In this document: in pieces, positions 46,525 to 56,796 of the stretch
Numbering within the stretch: position 1 is the first letter of the stretch
Layout of the letters: the number at the start of each line of letters is the position of its first letter
DNA from: Candidatus Zipacnadia bacterium
GTDB lineage: Bacteria; Armatimonadota; Zipacnadia; Zipacnadales; Zipacnadaceae
Assembly: GCA_029820565.1 (NCBI GenBank)
Contig: JALGUR010000014.1
Location: forward strand, 7,036 to 71,035
DNA: 64,000 nucleotides
Reading direction: 5' to 3'
Made by a program: the position numbers and the translations under genes
Notes under the pieces: generated by a model
Database searches by the model: none
Seen by the model: the letters and a program-made list of their open reading frames with translations, nothing else
What the model was told of the DNA's origin: nothing

Positions 46525-49188
46525 TCACTCGTCGTCTATCATTGCCTCCAGGACCTGTACCTGCCCCTGCAATTTGGCGATATCCTGCTCAACTTCTTCT
46601 ATCCTATCACGCTCTTTAGCCACCACCTCAGCCGGCGCTTTGGTGAGGAACTCTTCATTGTCCAACTTCTTTTGGCTCCGCTGCCGCTGGCTTTCCCGAT
46701 CGGCAATGTCCTGCCGCAGGCGCTGAATCTCCTGGGCGGGATGAATCGTTCCCGCCAGGTGCAGATGCACTTGGGCACCACTGACCACCGCGGTGAGGGC
46801 ATTAGCCGGCGGCTCGGCTGGTGCAGTGCGCACCTGTAGTGACTCAACCCCGGCCAGCAGGCTGATGATATCCTGTTGGCTTGCCAGCATATCGGCCTCT
46901 TCCGCACGGGAAGCGGTCACCGTCACGGCCACCTTCTGGTCCGGAGGCAGCCGCAGGTCGGCCCGCAATGATCGGATGGCGACAATAGCCGATTGGAGCC
47001 TGCTAACATCGGCCCCGGCCGGCTCATCATACCAGCGCCGGTCCGCCTCCGGATAAGATTGCCGCACAATGCTGCCGGCTTCGGGGGCCAGCCGCTGCCA
47101 GATTTCCTCAGTAATGAAGGGCATAAACGGGTGCAGCGCCCGCAGAATATCGCTGAGCAGATGGCGCAGGATGTTTTGAACTGTAGCCTGGCGCTCGGCG
47201 TCTTCCCCATATAAATCCAGTTTGGCTATCTCTAAATACCAGTCGCAAAACTCGCCCCACACGTAATCGTAGAGTAGGTCAGCGGCCTGGGCCGAATTGT
47301 AAGCCGATAACTGCCGGTTCAGTTCGGCCAGCATCCGATTGTGGCGCGAGAGTATCCAGCGGTCAGCCAGGGAGAGGTCAGCCTTGTCCAGATTTACCTG
47401 CTCAGCCCCTTCAACATTCATCAGTACCAGCCGGGAGGCGTTCCACAGTTTGTTGCAGAAGTTGCGGGCACCCACCATTCGGTCGGGTGCGTAAGTCAAG
47501 TCCTGACCGTGGGTAATCAGTTGGGTCAGCCCAAAACGCATCGCATCTGTGCCATATTCATCTATTAACTCCAAGGGGTCCACGGCATTGCCTCGGCTCT
47601 TGCTCATCTTCTGGCCACGCTCGTCGCGCACCAGACCGTGAATGAACACCTCGCCGAAAGGCTCGGTGCCACACAAGTGCATCCCCATCATTATCATCCG
47701 TGCCACCCAGAAATAAATAATGTCATAGCCCGTTACCAGCACCGAGGTCGGATAGAAATACTGTAGTTCGGGCGTCTGGTCGGGCCAGCCCAAAGTAGAA
47801 AAGGGCCACAGGGCGGAACTGAACCAGGTATCCAGGACATCGGGGTCCTGCTTTATATCACGGCTGCCGCAGTGAGTGCACTCTGTGGGGTCTTCGCGAG
47901 TGCACGTCAACTCGCCACAGTCATCACAGTACCAAACTGGGATAGGATGGCCCCACCACAATTGCCGGGAGATGCACCAGTCCTGGATATTCTCCAGCCA
48001 ATCCTCGTAGACTTTCGTCCACCGGTCGGGAACGAATCTAACTGCTCCATTGCGCACTGCTGCCAGACCTTCTTCGGCCAGTGGCGCCATTTTCACAAAC
48101 CACTGCGTAGAGATCAGCGGCTCGACGACCGTATCACAGCGCTGACACTGCCCCACAGTATGCTCATAATCTTCAATCTTCTCCAGCAAGCCCTGCTGTT
48201 GGAGGTCACCTACTACTTGCTGGCGACATTGGTAGCGGTCCAGGCCTGCATACTGCTTGGTATCAGAGGTCATCTTACCATTCCGGTCGATAGCCACCAC
48301 CGACGGCAGGTTATGGCGCTGGCCGATCTCCAGGTCATTGGGATCATGGGCCGGGGTTACTTTCAGAGCCCCAGTGCCGAATTCAGGGTCAATATAGTCG
48401 TCGGCAATGACCGGGATTTCCCGCTCCATCAGGGGCAATATGACCGTTTTGCCAATCATATCTCCGTAGCGCTCATCGTCGGGATGGACGGCCACCGCCG
48501 TATCACCCAACATTGTCTCCGGGCGAGTGGTCGCCACTACCAATCCTGGCCCGCCATCCGGGGCGGGATAGCGGATATACCACAGGTGCCCCTGGCGCTG
48601 CTGGTGGTTGACCTCCAAATCAGACAGACTTGTCCCGCAGCGCACACACCAGTTAATCATACGCTCGCCGCGATATATCAGGCCTTCTTCGTACAGGCGC
48701 ACGAAGGCCTCGCGCACCGCACGGGAAAGTCCCTCATCTAAGGTAAAGCGTTCGCGGCGCCAGTCCACGGAAACTCCCAGGCGCTGGAGTTGGTCGGTAA
48801 TCTGGCTGTGGTGTTCTTCCTTGACGGCCCACACCCGCTGCACGAACTTCTCGCGGCCCAGGTCATGGCGCGTCAGGCCCTCCTCGCCGAGCATGGCTTC
48901 CACCACATTCTGCGTGGCTATCCCGGCGTGGTCGGTCCCCGGTAGCCACAGTGCTTCAAAGCCCCGCATCCGGTGCCAGCGAATCAGTAGGTCTTGAATA
49001 GTCTCGTCCAACGCATGGCCCATATGCAGAACACCAGTGACATTGGGCGGCGGGATGACTATACAATAAGGCTTCTTAGTGGGGTTGACTTCGGCATCAA
49101 ATACCCCTTGGTCCAACCAGTACTGATACCATTTGCCCTCAGCCTTGTGGGCATCGTAGGCTTTGTCCATATTCATTGATGTAGCCAT
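46525..49188 (-). CDS. valS: Valine--tRNA ligase
   Basis: HIGH (PPNVTGVLHMGHAL) and KMSKS (KMSKSRGN) motifs, with a C-terminal coiled coil. The start at MATSMNMDKAYD (49188) is preceded by a GAGGTG ribosome-binding site. Confidence 0.9.
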   Translation of the reverse strand: MATSMNMDKAYDAHKAEGKWYQYWLDQGVFDAEVNPTKKPYCIVIPPPNVTGVLHMGHALDETIQDLLIRWHRMRGFEALWLPGTDHAGIATQNVVEAMLGEEGLTRHDLGREKFVQRVWAVKEEHHSQITDQLQRLGVSVDWRRERFTLDEGLSRAVREAFVRLYEEGLIYRGERMINWCVRCGTSLSDLEVNHQQRQGHLWYIRYPAPDGGPGLVVATTRPETMLGDTAVAVHPDDERYGDMIGKTVILPLMEREIPVIADDYIDPEFGTGALKVTPAHDPNDLEIGQRHNLPSVVAIDRNGKMTSDTKQYAGLDRYQCRQQVVGDLQQQGLLEKIEDYEHTVGQCQRCDTVVEPLISTQWFVKMAPLAEEGLAAVRNGAVRFVPDRWTKVYEDWLENIQDWCISRQLWWGHPIPVWYCDDCGELTCTREDPTECTHCGSRDIKQDPDVLDTWFSSALWPFSTLGWPDQTPELQYFYPTSVLVTGYDIIYFWVARMIMMGMHLCGTEPFGEVFIHGLVRDERGQKMSKSRGNAVDPLELIDEYGTDAMRFGLTQLITHGQDLTYAPDRMVGARNFCNKLWNASRLVLMNVEGAEQVNLDKADLSLADRWILSRHNRMLAELNRQLSAYNSAQAADLLYDYVWGEFCDWYLEIAKLDLYGEDAERQATVQNILRHLLSDILRALHPFMPFITEEIWQRLAPEAGSIVRQSYPEADRRWYDEPAGADVSRLQSAIVAIRSLRADLRLPPDQKVAVTVTASRAEEADMLASQQDIISLLAGVESLQVRTAPAEPPANALTAVVSGAQVHLHLAGTIHPAQEIQRLRQDIADRESQRQRSQKKLDNEEFLTKAPAEVVAKERDRIEEVEQDIAKLQGQVQVLEAMIDDE

Positions 49189-49199
49189 TATTACACCTC

Positions 49200-49489
49200 T
49201 TGCGTGCATCTGGAAAGCAAAACCTCCCGACCCAATTGGGACGAGAGGTATGGAAGTTATCTCTCCCGCGGTACCACCCAAGTTCCCCGCCGTAGCCTTG
49301 GCCAAGGCGCGGCCCTCTGGCGCGATAACGGGCGCTTCCGGTATTGCTTACTGACTTCAGCAATACAGCTCAGGGGTGACGTTCTGCGGACCGAGGCGCC
49401 GGCACTCTCACCTTATCGCCGACTCGCTGTAGCCTCTGCTCCCCGCCTACTCCTCCCCGTCATTGCTTGTGTTGTCTGGTTTTGTCTAC
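49200..49489 (-). ncRNA. T-box riboswitch leader of valS (putative specifier GUC, Val)
   Basis: On the minus strand, stem-I GAGAG/AGUG motifs and GAAGUCA are followed by AACUUGGGUGGUACCGCGGGAGAG (T-box consensus), then the terminator hairpin CCUCUCGUCCCAAUUGGGUCGGGAGG + UUUUGCUUU. Confidence 0.8.
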
Positions 49490-49519
49490 AGTATACCCGA
49501 AGCAACTGGCGTATGTCAA
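49490..49519 (-). promoter_or_regulatory. sigma70-type promoter of the valS T-box leader (TTGACA-18 nt-TATACT)
   Basis: Minus strand: CTTGACAtacgccagttgcttcgggTATACTg. Confidence 0.6.
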
Positions 49520-49553
49520 GACTGGGCAGCCCACAGAGACGCGGGAGCAGCAC

Positions 49554-50759
49554 TCAAGCCAGTCCCCTCTCCTCGCTGTATTCGTCCACTGCCTCCAACA
49601 TCGCCTCAAAGTGGGCCAGCGGTGTGCCGTCAAAAATGTTGTTGGAAGTCGCCAGGATATGCTTGTAGCCTTCACTTTGTTCTAATATTTGCCGGGTCTT
49701 ACGCTTGATCTCCTCAATGGGCCCCTGCCAGAGCAACGAGTCCTCCAGGTTGCCTTTAGTGACGGTCCCCTCGGGGACGAAGCGACGCAGCCGGGGCCAA
49801 TCATCCACATCGCCGGCCGGTGGGTAGTTGAGGCATTCCAGGATGTCCACACCGAAGCGGTGATACATCTTCTGCTCTAACAGTCCCTTCATATACCCGC
49901 AGGTGTGTATCCAGAACAGCAGCCCGGCGGCGCGAGTCGCATCACTTATTGGCTTTACGTACGGAATTATGTAGTCCTGGTAGATCTTGGGCGAAAACTG
50001 GTCATATCCCCACAGGGCAGTCTGCATCGCATCCACCCCGGCTTCGGCGCCTATCTCAACCTGTAGCAGGTTGTAGTCCAGCACTTGATCCATCAGTTCG
50101 CGGGCGAGCTGCGGGTAATCATGCAGGAAGTAGTGGAGGGTTGTCTGGCTGAAGTGGGGATAGACAACTTCAGTGAGTGGGCTCCAGAAGTGAATTATTG
50201 AGAGTCCATGCCCCTTGATCTGCTTGGTTTTCGGTACGAGGTTGGTCAAGGCGGCTTGCTTGATGTCCTCGCGATGCTCAGCAATGACCCGGGCACTCTC
50301 GCGGATAATCCAAGTCAGGGCCTTCACATCCCCGGCGTCCTTGATCATTTCCTCAACGTGCTGAGTCAACATTTGCTCCTTGTGGTAGCGCGTTGTCTCC
50401 CGGAGCTGCCCGTGAGGGGTCGTCAGCGTGCGCACCTGCTCGATAACGGTTTCGCCTTCTACAGATTGCTGCTGCCACTGGAGGTGCTCTGCCCACCGGG
50501 CAGCCGTGAGAACGAATGGGGACCAAAGGACAACAATGTCGGGAATATAGTTATACCGCTTAGCAAAGGCTAATTGTTCCGCTACGGTACAGTCCCGGTT
50601 GACCACGTCCACTGCCGCAAGTCTGTCCTGTACCACCGTGATCGGTTTGCCCAACTGCTCCGGCACAAATTTACTGGCGCTCAGGTTCGGCATTACCAAC
50701 GGCCGCCCGCCGAGTGAGCGATCGGCTAATTGAGCTACGGTTTCCTTGGTCAGTTCCAT
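49554..50759 (-). CDS. Uroporphyrinogen-decarboxylase (URO-D) family protein, paralogue 1
   Basis: C-terminal ...KGNLEDSLLWQGPIEEIKRKT...GYKHILATSNNIFDGTPLAHFEAMLEAVDEYS resembles URO-D/MtaA-family C-termini. 401 aa. Confidence 0.55.
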   Translation of the reverse strand: MELTKETVAQLADRSLGGRPLVMPNLSASKFVPEQLGKPITVVQDRLAAVDVVNRDCTVAEQLAFAKRYNYIPDIVVLWSPFVLTAARWAEHLQWQQQSVEGETVIEQVRTLTTPHGQLRETTRYHKEQMLTQHVEEMIKDAGDVKALTWIIRESARVIAEHREDIKQAALTNLVPKTKQIKGHGLSIIHFWSPLTEVVYPHFSQTTLHYFLHDYPQLARELMDQVLDYNLLQVEIGAEAGVDAMQTALWGYDQFSPKIYQDYIIPYVKPISDATRAAGLLFWIHTCGYMKGLLEQKMYHRFGVDILECLNYPPAGDVDDWPRLRRFVPEGTVTKGNLEDSLLWQGPIEEIKRKTRQILEQSEGYKHILATSNNIFDGTPLAHFEAMLEAVDEYSEERGLA

Positions 50760-50777
50760 ATCGCGTGGGCGTGCTGC

Positions 50778-51935
50778 TTAGCCCAATCCTCTCTGCTGGC
50801 TGTATTCGTCCACTGCTTCTAACATCGCCTCAAAATGGGCCAGCGGTGTGCCGTCAAAGATATTATTGGAAGTCGCCAGGATATGCTTGTAGCCTTCGCT
50901 TTCTTCTAATATTTGCCAGGTCTTGCGCTTGATTTCCTCAACCGGCCCCTCCCAGAGCAACGAGTCCTCCAGGTTGCCTTTAGTGACCGTCCCCTCGGGA
51001 ACGAAGCGACGCAGCCGGGGCCAATCATCCACATCGCCGGCCGGCGGGTAGTTGAGGCATTCCAAGACATCCACGCCGAACCGGTGATACATCTTCTGCT
51101 CTAACAGTCCCTTCATATGCCCGCAGGTGTGTACCCAGAACAGCGGCCCGGCGGCCTGTGTCTGAGCACTGATAGGCGTGATGTAGGGGATTATGAAATT
51201 CTCGTACAGTTTCGGCGACCACTGCTCGTATCCCCAGATCGCAGTTTGCATAGCATCCACCTGGGCCTCAATACCGATCTCAACCAGGAACTGGCTGTAC
51301 TGCATTGCCTCATCCATCAGTTCGCTGGCCAATTCCGGGTAGTCGTAGACAAAGTAGATCATGCTCACCTGGGTAAAATGGGGACACATTACCTCTTCAT
51401 TGGGCATCCAGAAGTGAATTACGGAAAGGCCGCGGCCCCTGATTTGCTCTACCTTGGGGACAATATCATCAAGCAGCGCTTGCTTTATCTCCGCGCGCCG
51501 CTCGTTGAGCACTCCAACGCTTTCCTTGATAATCCAGGTCAGGGCCTTGAGGTCGTCGGCGTCCTTGATCATCTCTTCCACATGATGGGTCAACTGGTGC
51601 TTCTTATGATAACGAGTCTGCTCCCTCAATTCGCCATAGGGGGTTGGCAAGGTTCGCGTCCGATGAACAACCGCTTCATCTTCTATGGTTTCCTCCTCCC
51701 ATTGCAAATGCTCACCCCACTTGGCGACCAGGTCAACAAACGGGGAGTAGAAGATACACAGGTATGCGGCATAGTCATATCGTTCGGCAAAGGCCAACTG
51801 ATCCTGTATCGTCGCCGATTTCTTGCCTAACTGGTCGGCTACAAAGCGATTAGCGAGCAGGTTAGGCATAACCAACGGCCGTCCGCCGCGGGAACGGTCG
51901 GCCAACTGACCCAGGTTGTCTTTGCTAAGTTTCAC
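50778..51935 (-). CDS. URO-D family protein, paralogue 2 (tandem duplicate)
   Basis: About 60-65% aa identity to paralogue 1 over the N-terminal 270 aa. The C-terminal 115 aa are nearly identical. Confidence 0.55.
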   Translation of the reverse strand: MKLSKDNLGQLADRSRGGRPLVMPNLLANRFVADQLGKKSATIQDQLAFAERYDYAAYLCIFYSPFVDLVAKWGEHLQWEEETIEDEAVVHRTRTLPTPYGELREQTRYHKKHQLTHHVEEMIKDADDLKALTWIIKESVGVLNERRAEIKQALLDDIVPKVEQIRGRGLSVIHFWMPNEEVMCPHFTQVSMIYFVYDYPELASELMDEAMQYSQFLVEIGIEAQVDAMQTAIWGYEQWSPKLYENFIIPYITPISAQTQAAGPLFWVHTCGHMKGLLEQKMYHRFGVDVLECLNYPPAGDVDDWPRLRRFVPEGTVTKGNLEDSLLWEGPVEEIKRKTWQILEESEGYKHILATSNNIFDGTPLAHFEAMLEAVDEYSQQRGLG

Positions 51936-52002
51936 CGGGACACCTCGAGTATGTACAATCTGGGCTGGGCGTCAGGGCAGTATGTCTGTGGGCTGGAATC
52001 AC

Positions 52003-53280
52003 TTAGGCAGTCTTCTGCTGGCGGTCGGCCTGGTCACCCGACCGGATTAGGCGCGGGGGCTGGCCGTCTTGGATAGTGGCCTTGGTTATCTCGCAGCGCA
52101 CGACATCCTTGGCCGACGGGATCTCAAACATTACATCAAGCATAACTTCCTCAATGATACTCCGCAGGGCGCGGGCCCCAGTATTGCGCTCCAAGGCTTT
52201 GCTGGCAATGGCGTCCACGGCGTCGTCGGTCACCACCAACTCCACATCATCCAACAGTCGCAGGGTCTTTTGATACTGTTTAATGACTGCGTCCTTAGGC
52301 TCGACGAGAATACGCTTGAGGGCTTGGGCGTCTAAACTTTGCAGGGTCGCGACAGTAGGGAGGCGGCCGACGAATTCCGGAATCATACCGAACTTGACCA
52401 GGTCTTCGGGCATAACCTCGGCCAGCAGTTCGTCATCGCTCAATTCCACCGTCCCCAAGGCCACCGCGCCAAAGCCCATCGCCCGCTGACGCGTCCGCTC
52501 GCGGACTATGTCGGCCAGCCCGCCGAAGATGCCTCCGCAGATGAACAATATATTAGTAGTGTCAATCTGGATATATTCCTGCTGGGGGTGTTTGCGTCCG
52601 CCCTGAGGGGGGACGTTGGCCACAGTACCCTCCAGTATCTTCAGTAGCGCCTGCTGGACACCCTCGCCCGAGACGTCGCGAGTGATGGAGGGACTCTCCT
52701 CCTTGCGGCCAACCTTGTCAACTTCGTCAATATAGATGATGCCGTGTTCAGTGCGTTCAACATCGCCGTCAGCCGCGATAAACAGTTGCAGCAGAATGTT
52801 CTCAACATCCTCCCCCACATAGCCCGCCTCGGTCAGCGAGGTAGCATCAGATATACTAAACGGTACATCCAGTAGTCGGGCCAGGGTTTGGGCGAGCAAA
52901 GTTTTGCCACAGCCGGTCGGTCCGATGAGCAACACATTGGTCTTGGCCAGTTCGACATCATCATCCTCCTGGCCAACATAGACGCGCTTGTAGTGGTTGT
53001 AGACGGCTACCGACAATACGCGTTTAGCCCGTTGTTGGCTTATCACATACTGGTTCAGGTAGTCGCATACTTGTTCCGGGGTGGGCACGGCGGCCGCAGT
53101 GCTGGGCCCCTCTTGCCGACGGCGACTGCGCAGAATCTCGTTACACAGTTGCACACATTCGGCACAGATATACACGCCCGGCCCGGCGATAAGTTCCTTG
53201 ACTTGCGTTGGCTTCTCCCGGCCACAGAAACTACACCTTAACCGACGCCCATTTTCAGTAGATCTATTATCGTCTTCCAT
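52003..53280 (-). CDS. clpX: ATP-dependent Clp protease ATP-binding subunit ClpX
   Basis: N-terminal C4 zinc finger (CSFCGR...CAEC), Walker A GPTGCGKT, and the ClpX IGF-loop region. Confidence 0.9.
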   Translation of the reverse strand: MEDDNRSTENGRRLRCSFCGREKPTQVKELIAGPGVYICAECVQLCNEILRSRRRQEGPSTAAAVPTPEQVCDYLNQYVISQQRAKRVLSVAVYNHYKRVYVGQEDDDVELAKTNVLLIGPTGCGKTLLAQTLARLLDVPFSISDATSLTEAGYVGEDVENILLQLFIAADGDVERTEHGIIYIDEVDKVGRKEESPSITRDVSGEGVQQALLKILEGTVANVPPQGGRKHPQQEYIQIDTTNILFICGGIFGGLADIVRERTRQRAMGFGAVALGTVELSDDELLAEVMPEDLVKFGMIPEFVGRLPTVATLQSLDAQALKRILVEPKDAVIKQYQKTLRLLDDVELVVTDDAVDAIASKALERNTGARALRSIIEEVMLDVMFEIPSAKDVVRCEITKATIQDGQPPRLIRSGDQADRQQKTA

Positions 53281-53330
53281 CAGTACTACCTCAATATATG
53301 AAGTTACTGCTGCAATTGGTATGACTCATT

Positions 53331-53930
53331 TTAGGCTTCGTCGCTTTCTTCGGGTTGTTTCTGGGCCACGGTATCTATGATGCCATATTCCACGGCTTCT
53401 GCGGCAGTCATATAATAGTCCCGCTCGGTATCCTGCTCAATCTTTTCCAAGGGCTGGCCCGTACAGTCAGCCAGGATTTGATTGAGCCATTTGCGGATGC
53501 GCAGAATCTCGTCGGCCTGAATCTGAATATCAGTGGCCTGGCCCTGCAATGCTCCCCAAGGCTGATGTATCAGCACCCGGGAGTAAGACAGGGCATAGCG
53601 GTGCCCCGGTTCACCCGCAGTCAGCAGCACGGCGGCCATACTGGCCGCTTGGCCGATACACCAGGTATGTATTTCAGGCTGAATATACTGCATGGTATCA
53701 TAGATAGCCAGACCAGCGGTGGGGGAGCCGCCCGGAGAGTTAATATACATGGAGATAGGCTCCAGCGGGTCTTCGCCTTGCAAATACAGCATTTGGGCGA
53801 CCACTAAACTGGCCAGAATGTCGTCTATGGGCATACCGATGAAGATTATCCGCTCGCGCAGTAGCCGCGAGTAGATATCATAGGACCGCTCCCCGCGGGG
53901 AGTTTGTTCAACGACCATCGGAACTAACAT
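53331..53930 (-). CDS. clpP: ATP-dependent Clp protease proteolytic subunit ClpP
   Basis: The catalytic Ser sits in GQAASMA, the His in LIHQP. 199 aa. Confidence 0.9.
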   Translation of the reverse strand: MLVPMVVEQTPRGERSYDIYSRLLRERIIFIGMPIDDILASLVVAQMLYLQGEDPLEPISMYINSPGGSPTAGLAIYDTMQYIQPEIHTWCIGQAASMAAVLLTAGEPGHRYALSYSRVLIHQPWGALQGQATDIQIQADEILRIRKWLNQILADCTGQPLEKIEQDTERDYYMTAAEAVEYGIIDTVAQKQPEESDEA

Positions 53931-55465
53931 GTCTCATCCTCCTGTATGTCTTCCTGAGTGGTGGGCGGCTCACCACTGTCTAAATCAGGCTCTACCTCGG
54001 CCTTGAGTTCTGGCTCATCCTCACCCGCCGCAGAACTTTCTTCCTCAGCAACTACTTGTTCATCAGCCTCCGCTGCCAGCAGGTCTTCTCTGGTCTGGCG
54101 CAGTTCTTCAGGATACTCTTCAATATACTTGCGCGCCCGGACCGCAAAGCCTTCCCAAGGCACTTGCTCAATCTCGGCATTGTCGACCAGAACCCGAATT
54201 ACCTTCTGGCGCAGCGCAAAATTGCGGACCCGGCCTTCTACCTCCTCGTGGACTTCCATCGCCTGTCTGACCATCTGTTCATCCAGGTTATTGTCCTGGG
54301 CATAGCTGCTTACGGCATCCTGCACCTCATCGTCACTGATTTCCAGCTCTTCGGCCTCGACAATTTCCTGAAAAATATAGCGGAGCTGCAGCCCTTGCTT
54401 GGCCTGCAGGGCCGCCTCACTAACCACGCCACCCTCATCATCTTCCACCACCTGCAGGGCTTGCTCGGCGCTCACGCCCTCCTGCTGGAGGTACTGCATA
54501 TATGATTCCACTTCGGAAGCGGTAACACTATTGACCAGTTCCTCCGGCAGGTCAATATCCGTAGCCGCAGCCACCACGCCCACGGCCATATTAGCCACGG
54601 CCTGCTCAGCACTACGCTTTTTGCTCTCCCCCAGTTGCTCGCGAATCCGATCGCGCAAGGCCTCCAGACTCTCCAACTGTTCATCTACCTTAGCCGCGAA
54701 TTCATCATCCAGTTCGGGAAGTTGCCGCTCTTTTATATCCTTGATGGTGGCCTTAACAATCACTTTTTGCCCGGCCAAGTCGTCGTCTTCGTGGTCAGCG
54801 GCCACTGTCGTTTCATCGGTTACCGTCTGGCCCAAGATGTGTCCGGCCAGTTTGCGAGCAATAGGCTGATCACCTTCGCGGTCCGCGATAAACTGGCTGG
54901 TAGCCTCTTCAATGATCTCCTCACTGTCGGCTCGACAAACCTGGACTTCAGCCCGCACGACGTCGCCTTCGGCCACTGCATCACGATCCACCTGTATCTC
55001 TTCGGCATAGGCTTGCCGCAATTCTTCAAGTTGATCATCAACTTCTTCATCAGAAACTTCGGTAGAAGGCTTCAGCAACTTGAGTGACTTGTAATCAGGC
55101 ATTCGGGGCCGGGGGTGGACAGTCAGCACCATTTTCAGCTCCATGGTCTGGCCCTCAGCAAAGTCTTCCACTTCTTCCAGGTCGGGCAAATCCGGCTGCA
55201 CCAGCAGCCGCAGGTCGCTGTCTTCAATAACCGGCAGGTAGACATCCTGCACAAACACCCCCCAGGCCAACTGGCGGATGGTATCCTCATCATACCGACG
55301 CTTGACGAGCGCCGCCGGGGCCTTGCCCGGCCGAAACCCAGGCACCTGGCCTTGCCGGGACAGGCGCTCATAAGCCTGGGCAAAGGCTCTATCTATGTCT
55401 TCAGGTTCAGCCGTAATCTGCAACTCTACTTTACTGCCGGGCAGTTCAGTTGTGTCTACTTTCAT
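53924..55465 (-). CDS. tig: Trigger factor, with an unusually long acidic C-terminal tail
   Basis: N-terminal ribosome-binding domain (GFRPGKAP). The position upstream of clpP-clpX supports the call. 513 aa, with about 80 extra Asp/Glu-rich residues at the C-terminus. Confidence 0.8.
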   Translation of the reverse strand: MKVDTTELPGSKVELQITAEPEDIDRAFAQAYERLSRQGQVPGFRPGKAPAALVKRRYDEDTIRQLAWGVFVQDVYLPVIEDSDLRLLVQPDLPDLEEVEDFAEGQTMELKMVLTVHPRPRMPDYKSLKLLKPSTEVSDEEVDDQLEELRQAYAEEIQVDRDAVAEGDVVRAEVQVCRADSEEIIEEATSQFIADREGDQPIARKLAGHILGQTVTDETTVAADHEDDDLAGQKVIVKATIKDIKERQLPELDDEFAAKVDEQLESLEALRDRIREQLGESKKRSAEQAVANMAVGVVAAATDIDLPEELVNSVTASEVESYMQYLQQEGVSAEQALQVVEDDEGGVVSEAALQAKQGLQLRYIFQEIVEAEELEISDDEVQDAVSSYAQDNNLDEQMVRQAMEVHEEVEGRVRNFALRQKVIRVLVDNAEIEQVPWEGFAVRARKYIEEYPEELRQTREDLLAAEADEQVVAEEESSAAGEDEPELKAEVEPDLDSGEPPTTQEDIQEDETC

Positions 55466-55573
55466 GGATGATACCGCTTCCTAATATGTTTGCGTCTCGG
55501 GGATGCCTGGGCCAACTTCGGGAAGATTTGCTGCGCCCCTTCGGCAATATCTTACTAACTGTGCTTCTTATGG

Positions 55574-55658
55574 TGGTGGGCGCGGGGAGATTCGAACTCC
55601 CATGGGTTGCCCCACATGATCCTAAATCATGCATGTCTACCGATTCCATCACGCGCCC
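55574..55658 (-). tRNA. tRNA-Leu (anticodon UAG)
   Basis: Type II tRNA: 3-bp D-stem, anticodon loop TTTAGGA, 13-nt variable arm, CCA encoded. Confidence 0.85.
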
Positions 55659-55772
55659 CGGTCAGCCATAGGCAGTCGCGACAAGAATGTCGCTCCTACC
55701 AGACCCCAAGCCGTTGCACCCTTGCCTGCCATTATCTGTTACTGTCCACTGACGACTGTTCACTATCTGCCT

Positions 55773-55847
55773 GGTGGGTCGTGCAGGGATCGAACCTGCG
55801 ACCTGAGGATTAAGAGTCCCCTGCTCTGCCGGCTGAGCTAACGACCC
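55773..55847 (-). tRNA. tRNA-Lys (anticodon CUU)
   Basis: Manual cloverleaf: acceptor GGGTCGT/ACGACCC, anticodon loop CTCTTAA. Confidence 0.8.
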
Positions 55848-55859
55848 ACCTAATAGTGC

Positions 55860-55995
55860 ACGGGCCGGATTCCTGCCTTCGCTGTGCAGACAGCTTCGGC
55901 GGACAAACACTTCGTTCAAGCCTCCTCCGCCATAGTAGTCTTATGGCTACGGCGGCTGAACCGGCCCCTCCGAACAGCAGTCGCGGCAGGGATGC
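55860..55995. repeat. Composite REP/MITE-like insertion between tRNA-Lys and tRNA-Arg
   Basis: The reverse complement matches the RAYT 3'-flank element (GGAGGGGCCGGTTCAGCCGCCGTAGCCATAAGACTACTATGGCGGAGGAGGCTTGA...), and also carries the GGCAGGGATGCCGCTCCTACAG module. Confidence 0.7.
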
Positions 55996-56025
55996 CGCTC
56001 CTACAGTATTGAAATTCAGCCGTAT

Positions 56026-56103
56026 CTGCCGTTCTCTGCTGTTATCTGCCGTTGTCTGTCGTTGTCTGCTGTTTTCTGCTGTTGTCTGCTGTTGTCTGCC
56101 GTT
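56026..56103. repeat. Microsatellite: about 8 tandem copies of the degenerate 10-mer TCTGCYGTTR
   Basis: tctgctgtta tctgccgttg tctgtcgttg tctgctgttt tctgctgttg tctgctgttg tctgccgtt. A related short run occurs at 56430-56480. Confidence 0.7.
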
Positions 56104-56106
56104 AAC

Positions 56107-56183
56107 TGGCGCGCCTGGAGGGATTCGAACCCCCGACACCCGGATCCGAAGTCCGGTGCTCTGATCCACTGAGCTACAGGCGC
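56107..56183 (-). tRNA. tRNA-Arg (anticodon UCG)
   Basis: Acceptor GCGCCTG/CAGGCGC, anticodon stem CCGGA/TCCGG, loop CTTCGGA. Confidence 0.8.
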
Positions 56184-56288
56184 GCGTAGGCAGCGTTCCG
56201 CAGTCAACATTCGGCCTCTACTGCCGGCCACCCCTGCTACTGCTGTTCTTGCTGAAAGCTGAATGCTGAACGCTGCTACCTGTTCAAA

Positions 56289-56364
56289 TGGGGTGGGCGA
56301 GGGGATTCGAACCCCCAACCACTTGAGCCACAGTCAAGTGCTCTACCTTTGAGCTACGCCCACC
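56289..56364 (-). tRNA. tRNA-His (anticodon GUG), with an encoded G-1
   Basis: An extra 5' G pairs with discriminator C. Anticodon loop CTGTGGC. Confidence 0.8.
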
Positions 56365-56487
56365 GTCTATATCGGCGTGCAGCGCTCGGCATTCAGCATT
56401 CAGTTCCCCCGCCACCCCACCGCCATCTCTGCCGTTGTACCTGTCGTTAGACCTGCTGCTATGCCTGTCGTTACTCCTGCCGTAAAA

Positions 56488-56563
56488 TGGCACGCCCGGC
56501 CCGATTCGAACGGGCGACCGGCGGCTTAGAAGGCCGCTGCTCTATCCCCTGAGCTACGGGCGC
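56488..56563 (-). tRNA. tRNA-Arg (anticodon UCU)
   Basis: Anticodon stem GCGGC/GCCGC, loop CTTCTAA. T-loop TTCGAAT. Confidence 0.8.
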
Positions 56564-56644
56564 ATTTGCACATCAGCCGTCAGCAGTCGGCATTCAGCAT
56601 TGAGAAATACCTTTTCTTTTAGGCTGAATGCCCGACGCTGTCTG

Positions 56645-56720
56645 TGGAGCGGGAGACGAGACTCGAACTCGTGACATTCAGCTTGGAAGGCTGACGCTCT
56701 ACCAACTGAGCTACTCCCGC
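56645..56720 (-). tRNA. tRNA-Gly (anticodon UCC)
   Basis: Acceptor GCGGGAG/CTCCCGC, anticodon loop CTTCCAA. Confidence 0.85.
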
Positions 56721-56796
56721 TCTCAACGTCCCTTCCAGCCCCTGGCCTATTGACTTTAGGGGTCGGGCGAGACGCCCGACCTACCAGGATAGCCAA

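Noticed and set aside
55810-56493. ORFs of 69-119 aa inside the tRNA array
   Set aside because: They overlap the tRNA genes and the microsatellite on either strand and have no coding features.
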